Positions 24,801 to 34,991 of a stretch of DNA of 64,000 bases are shown in pieces. Position numbers and translations under genes: made by a program. The notes beneath the pieces were generated by a model. The model saw only the letters and a list, made by a program, of their open reading frames with translations. It was not told the DNA's origin and did not search any database. The DNA is from Zancudomyces culisetae HAW-14-8 (Eukaryota > Fungi > Kickxellomycota): positions 930,001-994,000 of the forward strand of contig JBNJNM010000007.1 in assembly GCA_052426225.1 (NCBI GenBank), given 5' to 3'. The stretch's first letter is position 1. Every line of letters begins with the position of its first letter.

Positions 24801-24876
24801 TTTCGAGATATCCGATATGGTTGTCGGTTGCCACTAGGATTTTGAAGTCTCCATGAGTCGCATTAGTGTCACTCAT
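21853..24876 (-). CDS. MRE11: Double-strand break repair nuclease Mre11
   Basis: ATDNHIGY, GGDLFH, IHGNHDDP, WGHEH, QPGSSVATSL and LPLIRLRV motifs, then a long low-complexity tail with a GRGRGRGKG motif. Confidence 0.96.
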   Translation of the reverse strand: MSDTNATHGDFKILVATDNHIGYLEKDPIRGKDSFNVFEEILQQANINKVDFILLGGDLFHLNQPSRTTIYETFRLFRKYCCVEKSTDTDTLDHSSGGNTISNQNAAYAHLKSLGLVDGTERQSQSRSQHKQLEIKIPVYIIHGNHDDPSGERGLSALDLLSVAGFVRYFGKANNIDEIEIHPLELRKGNNRLAIYGLGNIRDDRLHRTFLNKKVKFIKPPVEDTEADSAFNLMVIHQSNVPRGAGGAFSAAKVTNYIPESFLDECLDLVIWGHEHECKIDPHPNTAKKFYVSQPGSSVATSLSLSEAVTKHIGLLHIRGKRFKLTKIPLVNVRPLLIRDINISAYLDSTAGKKKQKNQQEKLVEVVEEMLQEAQQMFTERVSESYSFNDEVGNNSDDRVTNFLGSTPLPLIRLRVEYSDADNAKSSVEIEPFYSHKFGLQFAQKVANPREMIHFHRSKRRHLDRAVDSKSLVDNKNDGPFSRGEEEGNSGPMKLEIGDILKVENMELLIDGEINEAVKMFVEKGDSGAISQFLTKTLKEINLTVKTNIINSYGNRGANGCDDAGVVDFCDETIIKTHLDNFFSQKMKKRRVSLSLLESTSNNSNSNNNNNNNNNKNEGGNDERQQGSLARFSKSSLKDSSFTPMDLVLDSDCLDSDQEQSSNKGKNKDVGASVGFDSDLNSDSDFGAEKKPTTKGRRTTTKKQTAAATTRSRTTTRGAKSAASKTKGRGKNKKDYSSDEYSSNNEIKNEKVIPSDSDDNDDDNDDDNDDDNDDDNDDDDDDDDGINEILSSGSEFDDHPISNKRSTQTKTATQSSRNTRAKSIKQETDRDTGRGRGRGKGKSTISGLEKFAAIVIPESQSVSTRATVASIKKESNLTDFFGSSVKSSTRTRGSTSNTTTRTSANASVNVNASVNTNLNKKRVEFTDHSDFLEDDDISVMGNDLATSNTTASNSTNSSSYFGYNRRTKGAHGSNFVNLDSDDADKGDGKGGDADDSFANFSIYSLKR
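22525..22606 (-). repeat. Coding minisatellite (12-nt and 6-nt units) encoding an acidic (DDDN)n/poly-D tract in the MRE11 tail
   Basis: Tandem atcatcgtcatt and atcgtc units are directly visible. Confidence 0.85.
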
Positions 24877-25549
24877 TTTTGTTTGTGGATACAAGCTTTT
24901 CTTTTTTTCTTTCTTTTTGTTTTCTTATTTTTCGAAATGTTGGTATACAATATAAATTCAAAATGATATTGTTCTGTTATAATACAAGTTCTTTGCTCAA
25001 ATACTATGTTTGCAAATGTAGTGTTGTTGTGCTGCGGGGTGCCGTTGTGCTGCACATATATATGATCAAAGTATAAATAAAACCTGTTTTTCTATTTTTC
25101 GGTTGTAAATATCAGAATATCAGAACATCAGAAAAAAAAATACATACAGTAAACAATAAATTGGCAGGTATTTCCAAGATTTTCTACTTGATTCAAAATT
25201 ATGCGGTTTCCTCATCATCCTAAATTATCCCTTCCTCCCATTTCATTTCTCTTTTTGGAAGTGATGAAACATTTCACGTGAATGGTATGCATAGTTTTGG
25301 CATTTTTTTATTTTTTGCTCTGCGCTTTGTAACTTTTTACTATCTTCATTTTTTTCCAATGCTGATCTATAAAACACAATAAAAAGACTCACAGCAAGAC
25401 TCCCTCACCCTCACCCTCACCCTTCTCTTCCTCTCCCAATCCTCAGCTCCTTGGTACTATAGCCTGGTAAACTAAACTAAGCCAAGTTAAATCAAACCAA
25501 AAAAGATGATAAATAAATAAATAACGCCTCTCACATACACACATACAAA

Positions 25550-28003
25550 CTATACAATTTGCCCTTTGATATCAACCTTGTCAAACTTAGAACAAGCAGA
25601 ATACGCTATTGGATACGCCAGTTTACAATCAATGTAATCAAGGGGATCAAGAGTTGGAAGTTGTGGAGATTGTAGTTGTGGCAAACTGGAAACTATAGGA
25701 ATTTCGTGTGCATCCAAAAACTGACCAGCTTCGTGGATATCACTAAATCCTAACTGTAATCTTAGAAATTCTAGAGTAACATTTGGTCTAAATCTATATT
25801 ATTATTATTATTATTATTATTATTATCATCCATGGTCATTACATTTGTTTACAATATATAAATAGTTAAATGAATTTCATTTTCAATAAACAAGTCTTGA
25901 CTTACGCTCTGGTAATAATTCTGAGTGCAATACACCGACTCCTATTCAAAAACGTCTCGACCAATTTTTTGGCATGCAAACTAGGCGACTGCTCATTGTA
26001 CAACTTGAATAAAACGTAATAATTGTTGGATCCTACGGCACTTCGAACATCCATCGCAAACCGAATATAAGTGCTGTGCAACTTTTCGCTATTTTCAAGC
26101 TTTGAAAAAATAAGATTGTTGTCCTCATGATTTCTGGTATAAATGTTATACAAAATGCGGTACGATTTAAACTCAAGTTTGTGTTTGCACACGAGATTAG
26201 TATCTGTATATAAATGCTTTAGTTGGGTTTGGCATTGGTTGTATTCTCCTAAGTCATTTGCTTCAAGTGCTATTTTTGCATGTGTTTCATATACCAGTAC
26301 TGTAAACAGAGTAGATATTCGCTGCACCGTCAAATCTTGTCTGATCGATTTGAGTTGGTTACATATATACGAATATTTGTCTTGTTTTTGATACCATTTA
26401 TTTACAAACAGCTCAAATGCCTGCTTCAAAATCGGCAGTGGTCGGACTGTACTTGGGTCTGGTGCTGAGGTCAATCGCAAATATTGCTTTTCCAGCTTCG
26501 TGCTAGTCCCTACTACTGTCTCGTTCGCAGAACTTTTTGGCGAATCAATCAACATGCTTGTGCTGCTCGCGGTTTCTGCAGTCTCAAATCGCATTTTGCG
26601 CATGAGTTTTGCTTTTTCACTACTATTGAGTCCCTTGGAACTCATTGTCTTTGCTGATGAACCTCCTTTGCTGCCTTCCTTTTCAAGCAAATCACAAGCA
26701 CTATTATCACCACGAGTTATAGTTTATTTAAAATACATCATACTTTTATTGTATTTATCATAAGTAGTACAAATTAAAGGCAATACAAGTAATAATGCTT
26801 ACGTTGGCAGTGCTTTTTTGCTCCAATCCATGCTATTTAGTGAGTTTTTTGCAACCGCAGAAGCAATAATCTTTTTAAGTTGTTTTTCAACTTTGGGTCT
26901 AGATTCAGCAGAACAATGCTTGAAAGCCTTTAATACATATGTCTTTAGGTCATCTGGCCATTCCAAACCGCTATTTCTATTGAGTATACAAGACAGGATT
27001 AGTCAATTGTAATATTCTTTTATTGATACATTGGCTGTGTCTAATAACACAACTACACTTACTCTAGACCAGTTTTATGTTTTTGAGCTTTGTCTGTGGA
27101 CTTTTTGTTATTTTTGAAACCAAATGCGGAGTTTGGATCGGATATAGAAACACTCGCTGTGGCTGTTGCGAGTGTCTCGGGCTGATTCATAAATGATTGT
27201 ATATTTGTAGATTTGGGTTGTTTTTTAGTATTGATTGCATCCTTGTTGATCTTTACAGCGGTGTACAACACTTTGGACTTTGAATCGTAGGGTTGTTGTC
27301 TTTGTCTCCACGGTGGTAGATCAGAAGTTGCCGTTGAACGAGGGCGCAGAGGAGATGTAGGCGGTGGAAATGTTGATTGTTGTGATGGGGGAGGAGGCGG
27401 AGGAATGTTTCCTGGTGGAGGCGGAGGAGGAGGGGGTGGTGGTGGTGGAAGTGATGGGGGTAGTGGAGGTGGCGGAGGTGGTGGCGGAGGGTAAGATGCC
27501 TGAACTGCAGAGCCTAAACTTCCAGAGCCGTTGGTACCCTGGATACCATAATAATTCGTGCCCGCTCTCGGTGGTTGAGTACCAACTGGGTATGTTTGTT
27601 GGTACTGTTGGTATTGACCATAATAGGACTGTGTTGATTGCTGCTGTTGTTGTTGTTGTTGACTATAATAATAATCAGAGCCTGGAGGGAGAGATTGATG
27701 TTGGTACTGGTAATCTGCGGGGTTCTGATTGTATCCATAGTTGTAGTTGTAGTCGTAGCTGTAATTGAAACCAGTGGGATTTGTATTCGGATTAGAATTC
27801 GATTTTAACGCCGTTCCTGCTGGCAATGATGTACTCGAAGAAGAACCGTATATTACGTTGCTACTCGTTGTTGTTGTGACTATTGGTTTGTTCTCGAGGT
27901 CTGTCCCAGATGTTGACGGATTGAGATTGGGATCAGTATTTGTTGTTCCAAATACATTTAAATCCTTTAGGATTTTCTGCTTTTTGCTTTTCTTCTTTAC
28001 CAT
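25550..28003 (-). CDS. THP3: SAC3/GANP-family PCI protein Thp3/LENG8; exons ~28003-27063, ~26970-26803, 26700-25906, 25793-25550
   Basis: VVGTSTKLEKQYLRLTSAPDPSTVRP, QLKSIRQDLTVQ, VYETHAKIALE, DLGEYNQCQTQL and C-terminal VDIKGQIV*. Three GT-AG introns keep frame. The N-terminus is Pro/Gln/Tyr-rich. Confidence 0.9.
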
Positions 28004-29630
28004 TTTCGATTCAACTCGGAGAATCTACGATGAGAGATCATAACTCGTTGAGTTTAAATAATTAAATTAGGAATCTAGCGTAAATACTCACCAAAAATTT
28101 TTTTAATATTAACATATAAATAAATGATTAGTTAATTTAATTTAAACAGGGGGTTTTTGGGACGTTGCTAATTATTTTGCGATTACATAACTTGTTTGTT
28201 TGGTTGAAAAAATCAAAAAAAACAGGAAACAATCACGTGTTTCAGTGTTTAAGGATTAACTAACGATCAGCTACAAGGGGTTATAGGCAATATTACGGAA
28301 CCGTTTAGGATTTTATAGTGTACAACAAATATATGCAGTGGAGTAGCATTATTGATGTTTAAGTGTGTATTTAATTGGAGTATGGTTGAACTGCTCGGTT
28401 ATTGTAAACAGTAGAACTATTTTGAAATCCAAACTTGCTACGAACCTGAAATGAGACTTGTTGAGTGACATATTATTAGTATCTTTAACAATAAATAATC
28501 AGACTAGAATATAGTGCAAGTGTGCTATCAAAGATTAACAATTGGATATTGAACTATAGATTGACTCAAGCCAAGTGCTAGTAACTATGAGCTGATAAAC
28601 ACTGTGTGTAGAATTTAGAGGATCTTGTTTAATCAACAAACAAGAGTAGCCAACTCTACTGAATGAATATCATGCAAAATAAAGCATATTGAAAGGTGTA
28701 AGTGTACGTAAAGTGGAGAATAAGGAACCATATCATAGAGATAAAGGGTGCTTTCTAATATTAAAAATGATTCGATTTGTATAATATTTTTGAACAGATT
28801 TTCAACCAGCTATAAAGCTGTAATAATACATAAATGGGAATATATATAAATTGAATCGGTAAGTGTTCTAAACAACAGAACAAATCTAACATTATCAAGT
28901 AAGTTCGTATTGTCACTATGGTGGTTTAACTATTTCGGATACGGTATGGAACAGGTTTTACAATTCTGGTAGCAGATGCAAATAAGCTATATTGTAATAA
29001 ATCTTATTTGTTGTATTAATGTTGGTACTTTTAAGCCAATCTAACAGATGAGTCTGGTATGACACGGATCATATACTAGTTATGTCCATTGTTAATTATT
29101 GTTAATTAATACAATCAAACACTAAAACTAATATCTATCTTGATATCATGTGCTGTTGTTCCCAATTTTCGATTTCTGTTCACTTTTATATTTTGCTGAT
29201 CATTTTGCCTTTCTAAATTATTTTTACTATAAAATTTTCTGTATTATCATCTATGATTTTTCTACCATCAACACTTGTATTCTGCTGTGTTTATATGTAA
29301 TTTGATGTATAAATGGTGTTTGATATACTACAATATAGTCGAATAAAAAACAACTACAAAGATTTAAAATCAACATAAATAGCGTAAGCCATTGGCTGGA
29401 AATAATCATGTATTCCCGAATAGCTAATAAATCTCGAGCAATGTCCATTTATGCAAAATTCCACAGTTTTGGAGTATTTGCTGCTCAATCAAAAATGAAA
29501 AGTTATGTTATAAAATCTAGAAATAAAGATCAACAAAATCAGAAATTGAGAAATATAAACCAAAACTATTATACTTTTCTTGTTTCTCTCAATATCCATT
29601 TTCTGCAATAACAACCCAAGTTACAACACA

Positions 29631-32600
29631 ATGGATAACAACAACAGCAACAGCAACAGTCTTTTCAACAAACTTCCAGTTAGTATCCTGCCAACCGTAT
29701 TTGTACTAGCCCAAAATCCACAGCTATCACTCTTGAGCAAAAATATGCACTATGCCTCGCAGCAGGTAGACACTATTAGCAACTACATTCTACAATATAT
29801 TTTTCCAGGATCAAAAACTATTTCCCGGTGGGAGTTGAGAGAAATATTCGATAAATACACCAGAATTAACACGAATGAAACTATTGGAATGCTGGTTCTA
29901 AGAAAAATCAAAAACCTGGACTACGAGACCGCTCTAGAGTTGGCATTTGAATACAGATGGAGGAATGTGCTAAATAAATTACTCAAGATGTATGTAGTGA
30001 TCGATAGAAACACTTCAGGAATTGTATATAAGGGAACTTTATTTATTAATGAAGATGAATACCTGGATATCGACATTGTTGATTTGCTATCAGAAGAGAG
30101 CGAATTACAAAGAGAACTAAGTGATATCAAGCTTTCTCATTCTCTATATATCAGACCACTGATAACTTTTAAGTGGGTGGCGAAGTTATTGGAATACAGA
30201 TCGGATCCAGATTTTGAAAAGGAGCTAATTGAAGCGTTAATAGATGCTTTCGATAGCAAAATTGAGATTCCTACAGAATTAGCAGGTTCTATTGAGGTGG
30301 ATTTTCGATATATTGATAGCAAAGATATCATATATATTACTTTGAGTTGTGTATATACAATCTGCAGATTGAACAACCTTGAGTTGCTGAAACGGATTTT
30401 AAGTTTAAAGATCAACACAAAAATTTCATTTCAGGATTTGAAGTCACATGAAGAGTATTATAATATGCTTGAATATAAGGCGCCAACTTATTTTATTGAG
30501 AACTATGGGTATGAAACTAAAATGGATATGTTGGTGTATATGACATGTTCATACTATTCAATTGGACAGGATAGGAAAAAATTGATAGAATTCCTTGAGA
30601 ATAACGACCCAAATGCCACATGTAAACAGATATTATTTGATGCAGCGGTCTATCGTAGAAATAAGATGTTGGTGAAGGATTATTTTTTCAAAGTGGAACA
30701 AAACTCTGAAAATATTAGAAAGGTGACAAGATTGGCGTATGTATATGATAATGTCGATCTCATAAGACTCCTTTTGGATAGTAGTGATAAACTGAAGGGA
30801 GAGTTAGATGAAAGTGCGTTGAAAGCGGCTATAAAGAATAAAAAATACGGATTGGTAGAAGAAATTATAAGCAAGTATACAAATACAGTGAATATTTCCT
30901 GCTTAGAGCAGGCAGTGGACGTTGGAGATATCAGAATTGCCAAACTACTTATCGAATCTGGAGTGGATTTAAAACTATCCGAGTTTAAGGGAGCAATAAC
31001 TGCGTGCAAAAATAAAGATATTGATATGTTACAGTTGTTATTGGAAAATGGTGCTTCGGTTGAACTGGTGAATCATAATGTTATTGAAAAGATGTGTAGT
31101 ATTAATAATTATGATATAGCAAAACGATTATTAAAGACCTTTGATAGAGGTGAAAAAAACCACCATACGTATGGTAAAGTCACTAATGGAGCAAGACTGA
31201 GATTTAACAAAACGATAATGTGTCTGATTGAAGTTCTACGGACTATTGATGAGTATAACGAAGCTAGTTACGATGGATATAGTGTCTATTCTGATTTTTA
31301 TACTAAGTATGAAATAAATGTAGATTTTGATGAATTTTGTGAAAATATGGGTTTATTTGAGAGAGTAATGGCATTTATAAACTCAAAAAAAAAAGATATC
31401 GCCAATGCAATCAAATCACAATTCAAGCATCTTCCGAAATATCATGAATTCAGAAAAATTGAAAGAATTTCATTTGATAAATTACTCGAAACTATTGAAT
31501 ATATTATTGAGAATAATCTGCAAAGTGCATTCGACGACATTGGATACGATGAAGCCAACGAATTTGGATACGAGAACAACGTAGAGGTGTTGAACGATAG
31601 ACATTACGAACAGGCTAAATTAGAACTGGTGAACCGAAATTTTGAAATGTTAAAACTATTGATAGATCGCGTAGATATCAATTCATCTGATAGTTTAATT
31701 TTGAGAACAGCGTATAAAGGAGGTGATATTGGTTGGATAAACTACTTTATTAGTAAGGGCTTGAGGCTAAAAGATGAATCGGATGGGTTTGAGGAAGTAT
31801 GTAAATCGGATAGAGTTGAGGTGTTGAAACATTGGATTAGGAATGGTGGTGTGATACTCAACAAACCAGAATATGAGTGTATTAACGTTGCGTGTATACT
31901 GGGTAACTTTGATATGATTAAATTGTTGGTGGAAAATGGAGTTGATTTGAGTAACCCAGAACGAAATGGAATCAGAATCGCATGTAGATTGGGTCTCGGA
32001 AAAACACTGAAATATCTTTTGAATAATAATGCTGTTGTAGGGAATATTTGTAGATACCAATTAGAGTATGCATGCCTGATTGAAGATATCGTACTGGTAA
32101 AAATAATTCTTGGGTATTACGATGCGTTAGGAGTGTTGGAAAAAAAAGAAAACAAAAACACAAAGAATGAAGAAGAATCACAAAATGATTCAATTTTAGA
32201 TAATGTGAATCCTGGTCGTTCTGAAGAATACAAGATTACAAAAACCTTACTTGAAAAGGGTAATTCTATGTATAATAGCGATTTGGTAGATGGGATAGGG
32301 GCAGCAATTACTGTATCTAATATTGAAATTCTGAAATTGTTACTCTTTTACAAATTCGATCTTGATGATTCTTCTGAAATACTGACGTTTGCCATGCAAT
32401 TAGGAAGCACCGAGGTCGTGGAGTTGCTTTTGGAGAATGGGATCAGTGCAGAGGGTAACACTAATATTCTAGGTATAGCACTCGAATCAAGAAATGTTGG
32501 GATGATCAGGCTTTTGTTGCAACATGGTGCAAAAGTAGAAAGTGGTTCACATATATTGTATTATTATTTTGATTTCGATGATATTGAAACGTACCAGTTA

Positions 32601-33008
32601 ATGTTGAATTATTGTCCTGAGATTGGTGGTGATTCTCCTTTGCTCCGAAAGGCCATTTGGAAGAACAGTTTAGAGGCAGTTAGATTGCTGTTGAAGGATA
32701 CGTCCTCTCTTGAAAATAGTGAGTCGAATTACATATACATCGCTTGTTGGGTGAATAGTATAGAAATTCTAAAGCTGTTGTTTGAGAAAGGAAAAAAGAT
32801 ACAAATAGGATGTGATAGTGGGGTAATTCAGGCTTGCAGGAATAATAATTTGGAAATGCTGGAACTACTATTTGAAAGAGATCCAAACTTGGTACTAAAC
32901 CAGAATTATGGACTTAAGGAGGCCATCGAACATAAAAATGTAGAAATGATAAAACTGTTGATTAAAAACGGTGCTGATACAAGTGAGATTATTGGGCTCA
33001 TGATTTAA
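29631..33008 (+). CDS. Ankyrin-repeat protein with F-box-like N-terminus, paralog 1 (ends at an apparently premature TAA)
   Basis: Many A(C)xxGNxxxxKLLxExGAD/VD repeats and N-terminal FNKLPVSILPTVFVLAQNPQL shared with the other paralogs. ATG at 29631. Confidence 0.85.
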   Translation: MDNNNSNSNSLFNKLPVSILPTVFVLAQNPQLSLLSKNMHYASQQVDTISNYILQYIFPGSKTISRWELREIFDKYTRINTNETIGMLVLRKIKNLDYETALELAFEYRWRNVLNKLLKMYVVIDRNTSGIVYKGTLFINEDEYLDIDIVDLLSEESELQRELSDIKLSHSLYIRPLITFKWVAKLLEYRSDPDFEKELIEALIDAFDSKIEIPTELAGSIEVDFRYIDSKDIIYITLSCVYTICRLNNLELLKRILSLKINTKISFQDLKSHEEYYNMLEYKAPTYFIENYGYETKMDMLVYMTCSYYSIGQDRKKLIEFLENNDPNATCKQILFDAAVYRRNKMLVKDYFFKVEQNSENIRKVTRLAYVYDNVDLIRLLLDSSDKLKGELDESALKAAIKNKKYGLVEEIISKYTNTVNISCLEQAVDVGDIRIAKLLIESGVDLKLSEFKGAITACKNKDIDMLQLLLENGASVELVNHNVIEKMCSINNYDIAKRLLKTFDRGEKNHHTYGKVTNGARLRFNKTIMCLIEVLRTIDEYNEASYDGYSVYSDFYTKYEINVDFDEFCENMGLFERVMAFINSKKKDIANAIKSQFKHLPKYHEFRKIERISFDKLLETIEYIIENNLQSAFDDIGYDEANEFGYENNVEVLNDRHYEQAKLELVNRNFEMLKLLIDRVDINSSDSLILRTAYKGGDIGWINYFISKGLRLKDESDGFEEVCKSDRVEVLKHWIRNGGVILNKPEYECINVACILGNFDMIKLLVENGVDLSNPERNGIRIACRLGLGKTLKYLLNNNAVVGNICRYQLEYACLIEDIVLVKIILGYYDALGVLEKKENKNTKNEEESQNDSILDNVNPGRSEEYKITKTLLEKGNSMYNSDLVDGIGAAITVSNIEILKLLLFYKFDLDDSSEILTFAMQLGSTEVVELLLENGISAEGNTNILGIALESRNVGMIRLLLQHGAKVESGSHILYYYFDFDDIETYQLMLNYCPEIGGDSPLLRKAIWKNSLEAVRLLLKDTSSLENSESNYIYIACWVNSIEILKLLFEKGKKIQIGCDSGVIQACRNNNLEMLELLFERDPNLVLNQNYGLKEAIEHKNVEMIKLLIKNGADTSEIIGLMI

Positions 33009-33239
33009 GACGCGACCAACCAGAATGATCATGAGCTAATAAATATTTGCCAAAGTATGAGTGATGGAAAACAGGGATTTGGAAAGTTGTGGTGTATGAA
33101 TTATTTCAACAAATATGTTTGCCTTTAAAAATGTTAGTTTAAAGTAAAATAAAGATAGTAAACCCTTTTAATCAATTACTAGTAGATTTTAAGAGCAGGT
33201 TAAAGTTGAATATTTTTTTCTGGATTGTACACAATGAGC

Positions 33240-33620
33240 AAAAGTTGGGAAAACGTACTTGATAAAAAACATTCCAAAAGTAACAAAAGCAGATGTGAAG
33301 CTTGGAAGGAATTTTTTTGTAGGGCGACTCCTTGGAATGGAGTCAAAAAGAATGATTACATTCTCCGTTAAAACGAGAGAAACCGAAGTACAGTTCTTGA
33401 TTGAGTTGGTAACGGCACAATTTTTGGACAGAATATGTTGAACGAGGATCCAAATCTTAGACCGACTCAGAGTTGAAACAACCTACTTGAACTAACGCCC
33501 GGTGGGTATAGAGTCCCTAGAGGGACGGAGGGGAATTGGTTAGGTAGATATTTTATAGGATTGTTTTTTGTAGTTTTATGGGATATTTATTTAATAAATA
33601 AATCTAAGCAAAAAAAAACT
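33240..33620 (+). mobile_element. Probable 5'-truncated non-LTR retrotransposon relic (decayed ORF end, 3' UTR, A-tail); member of a dispersed repeat family
   Basis: A decayed frame ends at ggttaggTAG, followed by a T-rich tract and an A-run. Similar sequence occurs at ~51200, ~53450, ~61150 and ~63530. Confidence 0.45.
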
Positions 33621-33758
33621 GTCCTCAGATATTGTAGTTGATTGTACATTGGTGTTGAACGTTAAATGAATTATACACTATGTTCTATTTTGCAAAAATA
33701 AAGTGATTACCCAAGAACTACAGTTTATAATAGTAAAATATATTATTATGCTTCACTT

Positions 33759-34032
33759 ATCCAGATACAATTATGTGTGTACCAATCTTTATTATAAATC
33801 GAAAATTCTTTCCTAGATACTATTTTTATCGATTAATCCATTACCTTAAAATTTGGTAAAAAATTAAATCGATAAAAAGAGTGTTTAAATTTAGAAACTT
33901 TATACGTAATGATGTGTGTAATGACAGACATCACTGTATAATTTTTATAAAATAAGTAAAACTAACTAAATAAAATAAATTTAAACCATATATAAACTGA
34001 TGTCCCCTGTTTCCTGATGAATCTTTACCATC
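33759..34032 (+). repeat. DIRS left inverted terminal repeat
   Basis: Exact reverse complement of 37956-38229 (274 bp, no mismatch found by manual comparison). Confidence 0.95.
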
Positions 34033-34109
34033 TTTTCTTTCGCTAGGTACTCAACCAGCTTATAAAAAATACATAGTATTTATAAAAGTCATTAGTTAAA
34101 TTTTCAATA

Positions 34110-34991
34110 ATGAGTCAAAATGCAAACGTTACAGTTGAAGTTTTGCAACAGATTTTGGAGAGATTATCAGCTCTTGAAAAACAAACCGCACCAAATGATC
34201 ACATGTCAGTATCAGAAATCAGTGATTCAGCAAACATCACTGCTCCATCAATCGTTGATGCAGTCGACGATGATTCAGTTGAAAACTTCGTGGTTCCCAG
34301 ACCAACACCATCTGACCTGGTCATGTATCCAAAACTGCAAAAGGCGCTACCAACAGTTGAACAGGATTTCTTTTGGACACCACTGGCAGATGTCGAACGC
34401 AAGAAGTTTTACGCAGCCATCCCAAGAAACTCTGGCATGGATTATGAACCACCAGAGGAAAACATCAAGTTATCAGGTGACAATAAACGTACTGATGCGA
34501 TGTTATATGACATCCAGTACCGTTTATCAGCCGTTACAAGACCTTTGGATTACTTCATGCACGAAGCAATCCGTGACGGAGGAGCAGTCAGTGCCGAAAA
34601 ACTTGCAGTTTTTATCAACTCAATCAGAGTTTTACTTGCGGATGTTGCATCCAGTATCACGCAACAAAGAATCAAACTGTCATACAAAGCCTCAGGAGTA
34701 CCATCAGATCCTCCAGAAATGGTTTCAACATCAAGGAAGCCTCTCGTGGACATACAGCAGATGCTCGAAGTTAAAGCAGCTGCAAATACATTGCAGCGTG
34801 CAACAAAAAATGTGCAGCAGAGAAGACCAAGATTCAACGCAACCAGGACCTTCCCAAGCATTCCGTTTCAGCCATCAGTTAACCAGAATGTTCAAGCAGA
34901 GCCGCAGCAGATCCAACAACAACGACAACACAAATCCGCTGCTACTGGCGGTAATTTTCGGTTTGCAAACAGCAGCAAACACCGAAAGTAG
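34110..34991 (+). CDS. DIRS gag-like ORF1
   Basis: First ORF after the left ITR. DAMLYDIQYRLSAVTRPLDYF resembles fungal DIRS gag. Confidence 0.8.
   Translation: MSQNANVTVEVLQQILERLSALEKQTAPNDHMSVSEISDSANITAPSIVDAVDDDSVENFVVPRPTPSDLVMYPKLQKALPTVEQDFFWTPLADVERKKFYAAIPRNSGMDYEPPEENIKLSGDNKRTDAMLYDIQYRLSAVTRPLDYFMHEAIRDGGAVSAEKLAVFINSIRVLLADVASSITQQRIKLSYKASGVPSDPPEMVSTSRKPLVDIQQMLEVKAAANTLQRATKNVQQRRPRFNATRTFPSIPFQPSVNQNVQAEPQQIQQQRQHKSAATGGNFRFANSSKHRK

Noticed and set aside
25273-25282. CACGTG E-box palindromes upstream of MRE11 (~25275) and THP3 (~28234)
   Set aside because: Single hexamers are plausible bHLH sites but cannot be supported without conservation data.
33006-33008. Possible TAA reassignment (alternative genetic code)
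   Set aside because: Conserved genes such as CCT2, SUP35 and YVH1 end at TAA at their expected C-termini, so a point mutation is simpler.
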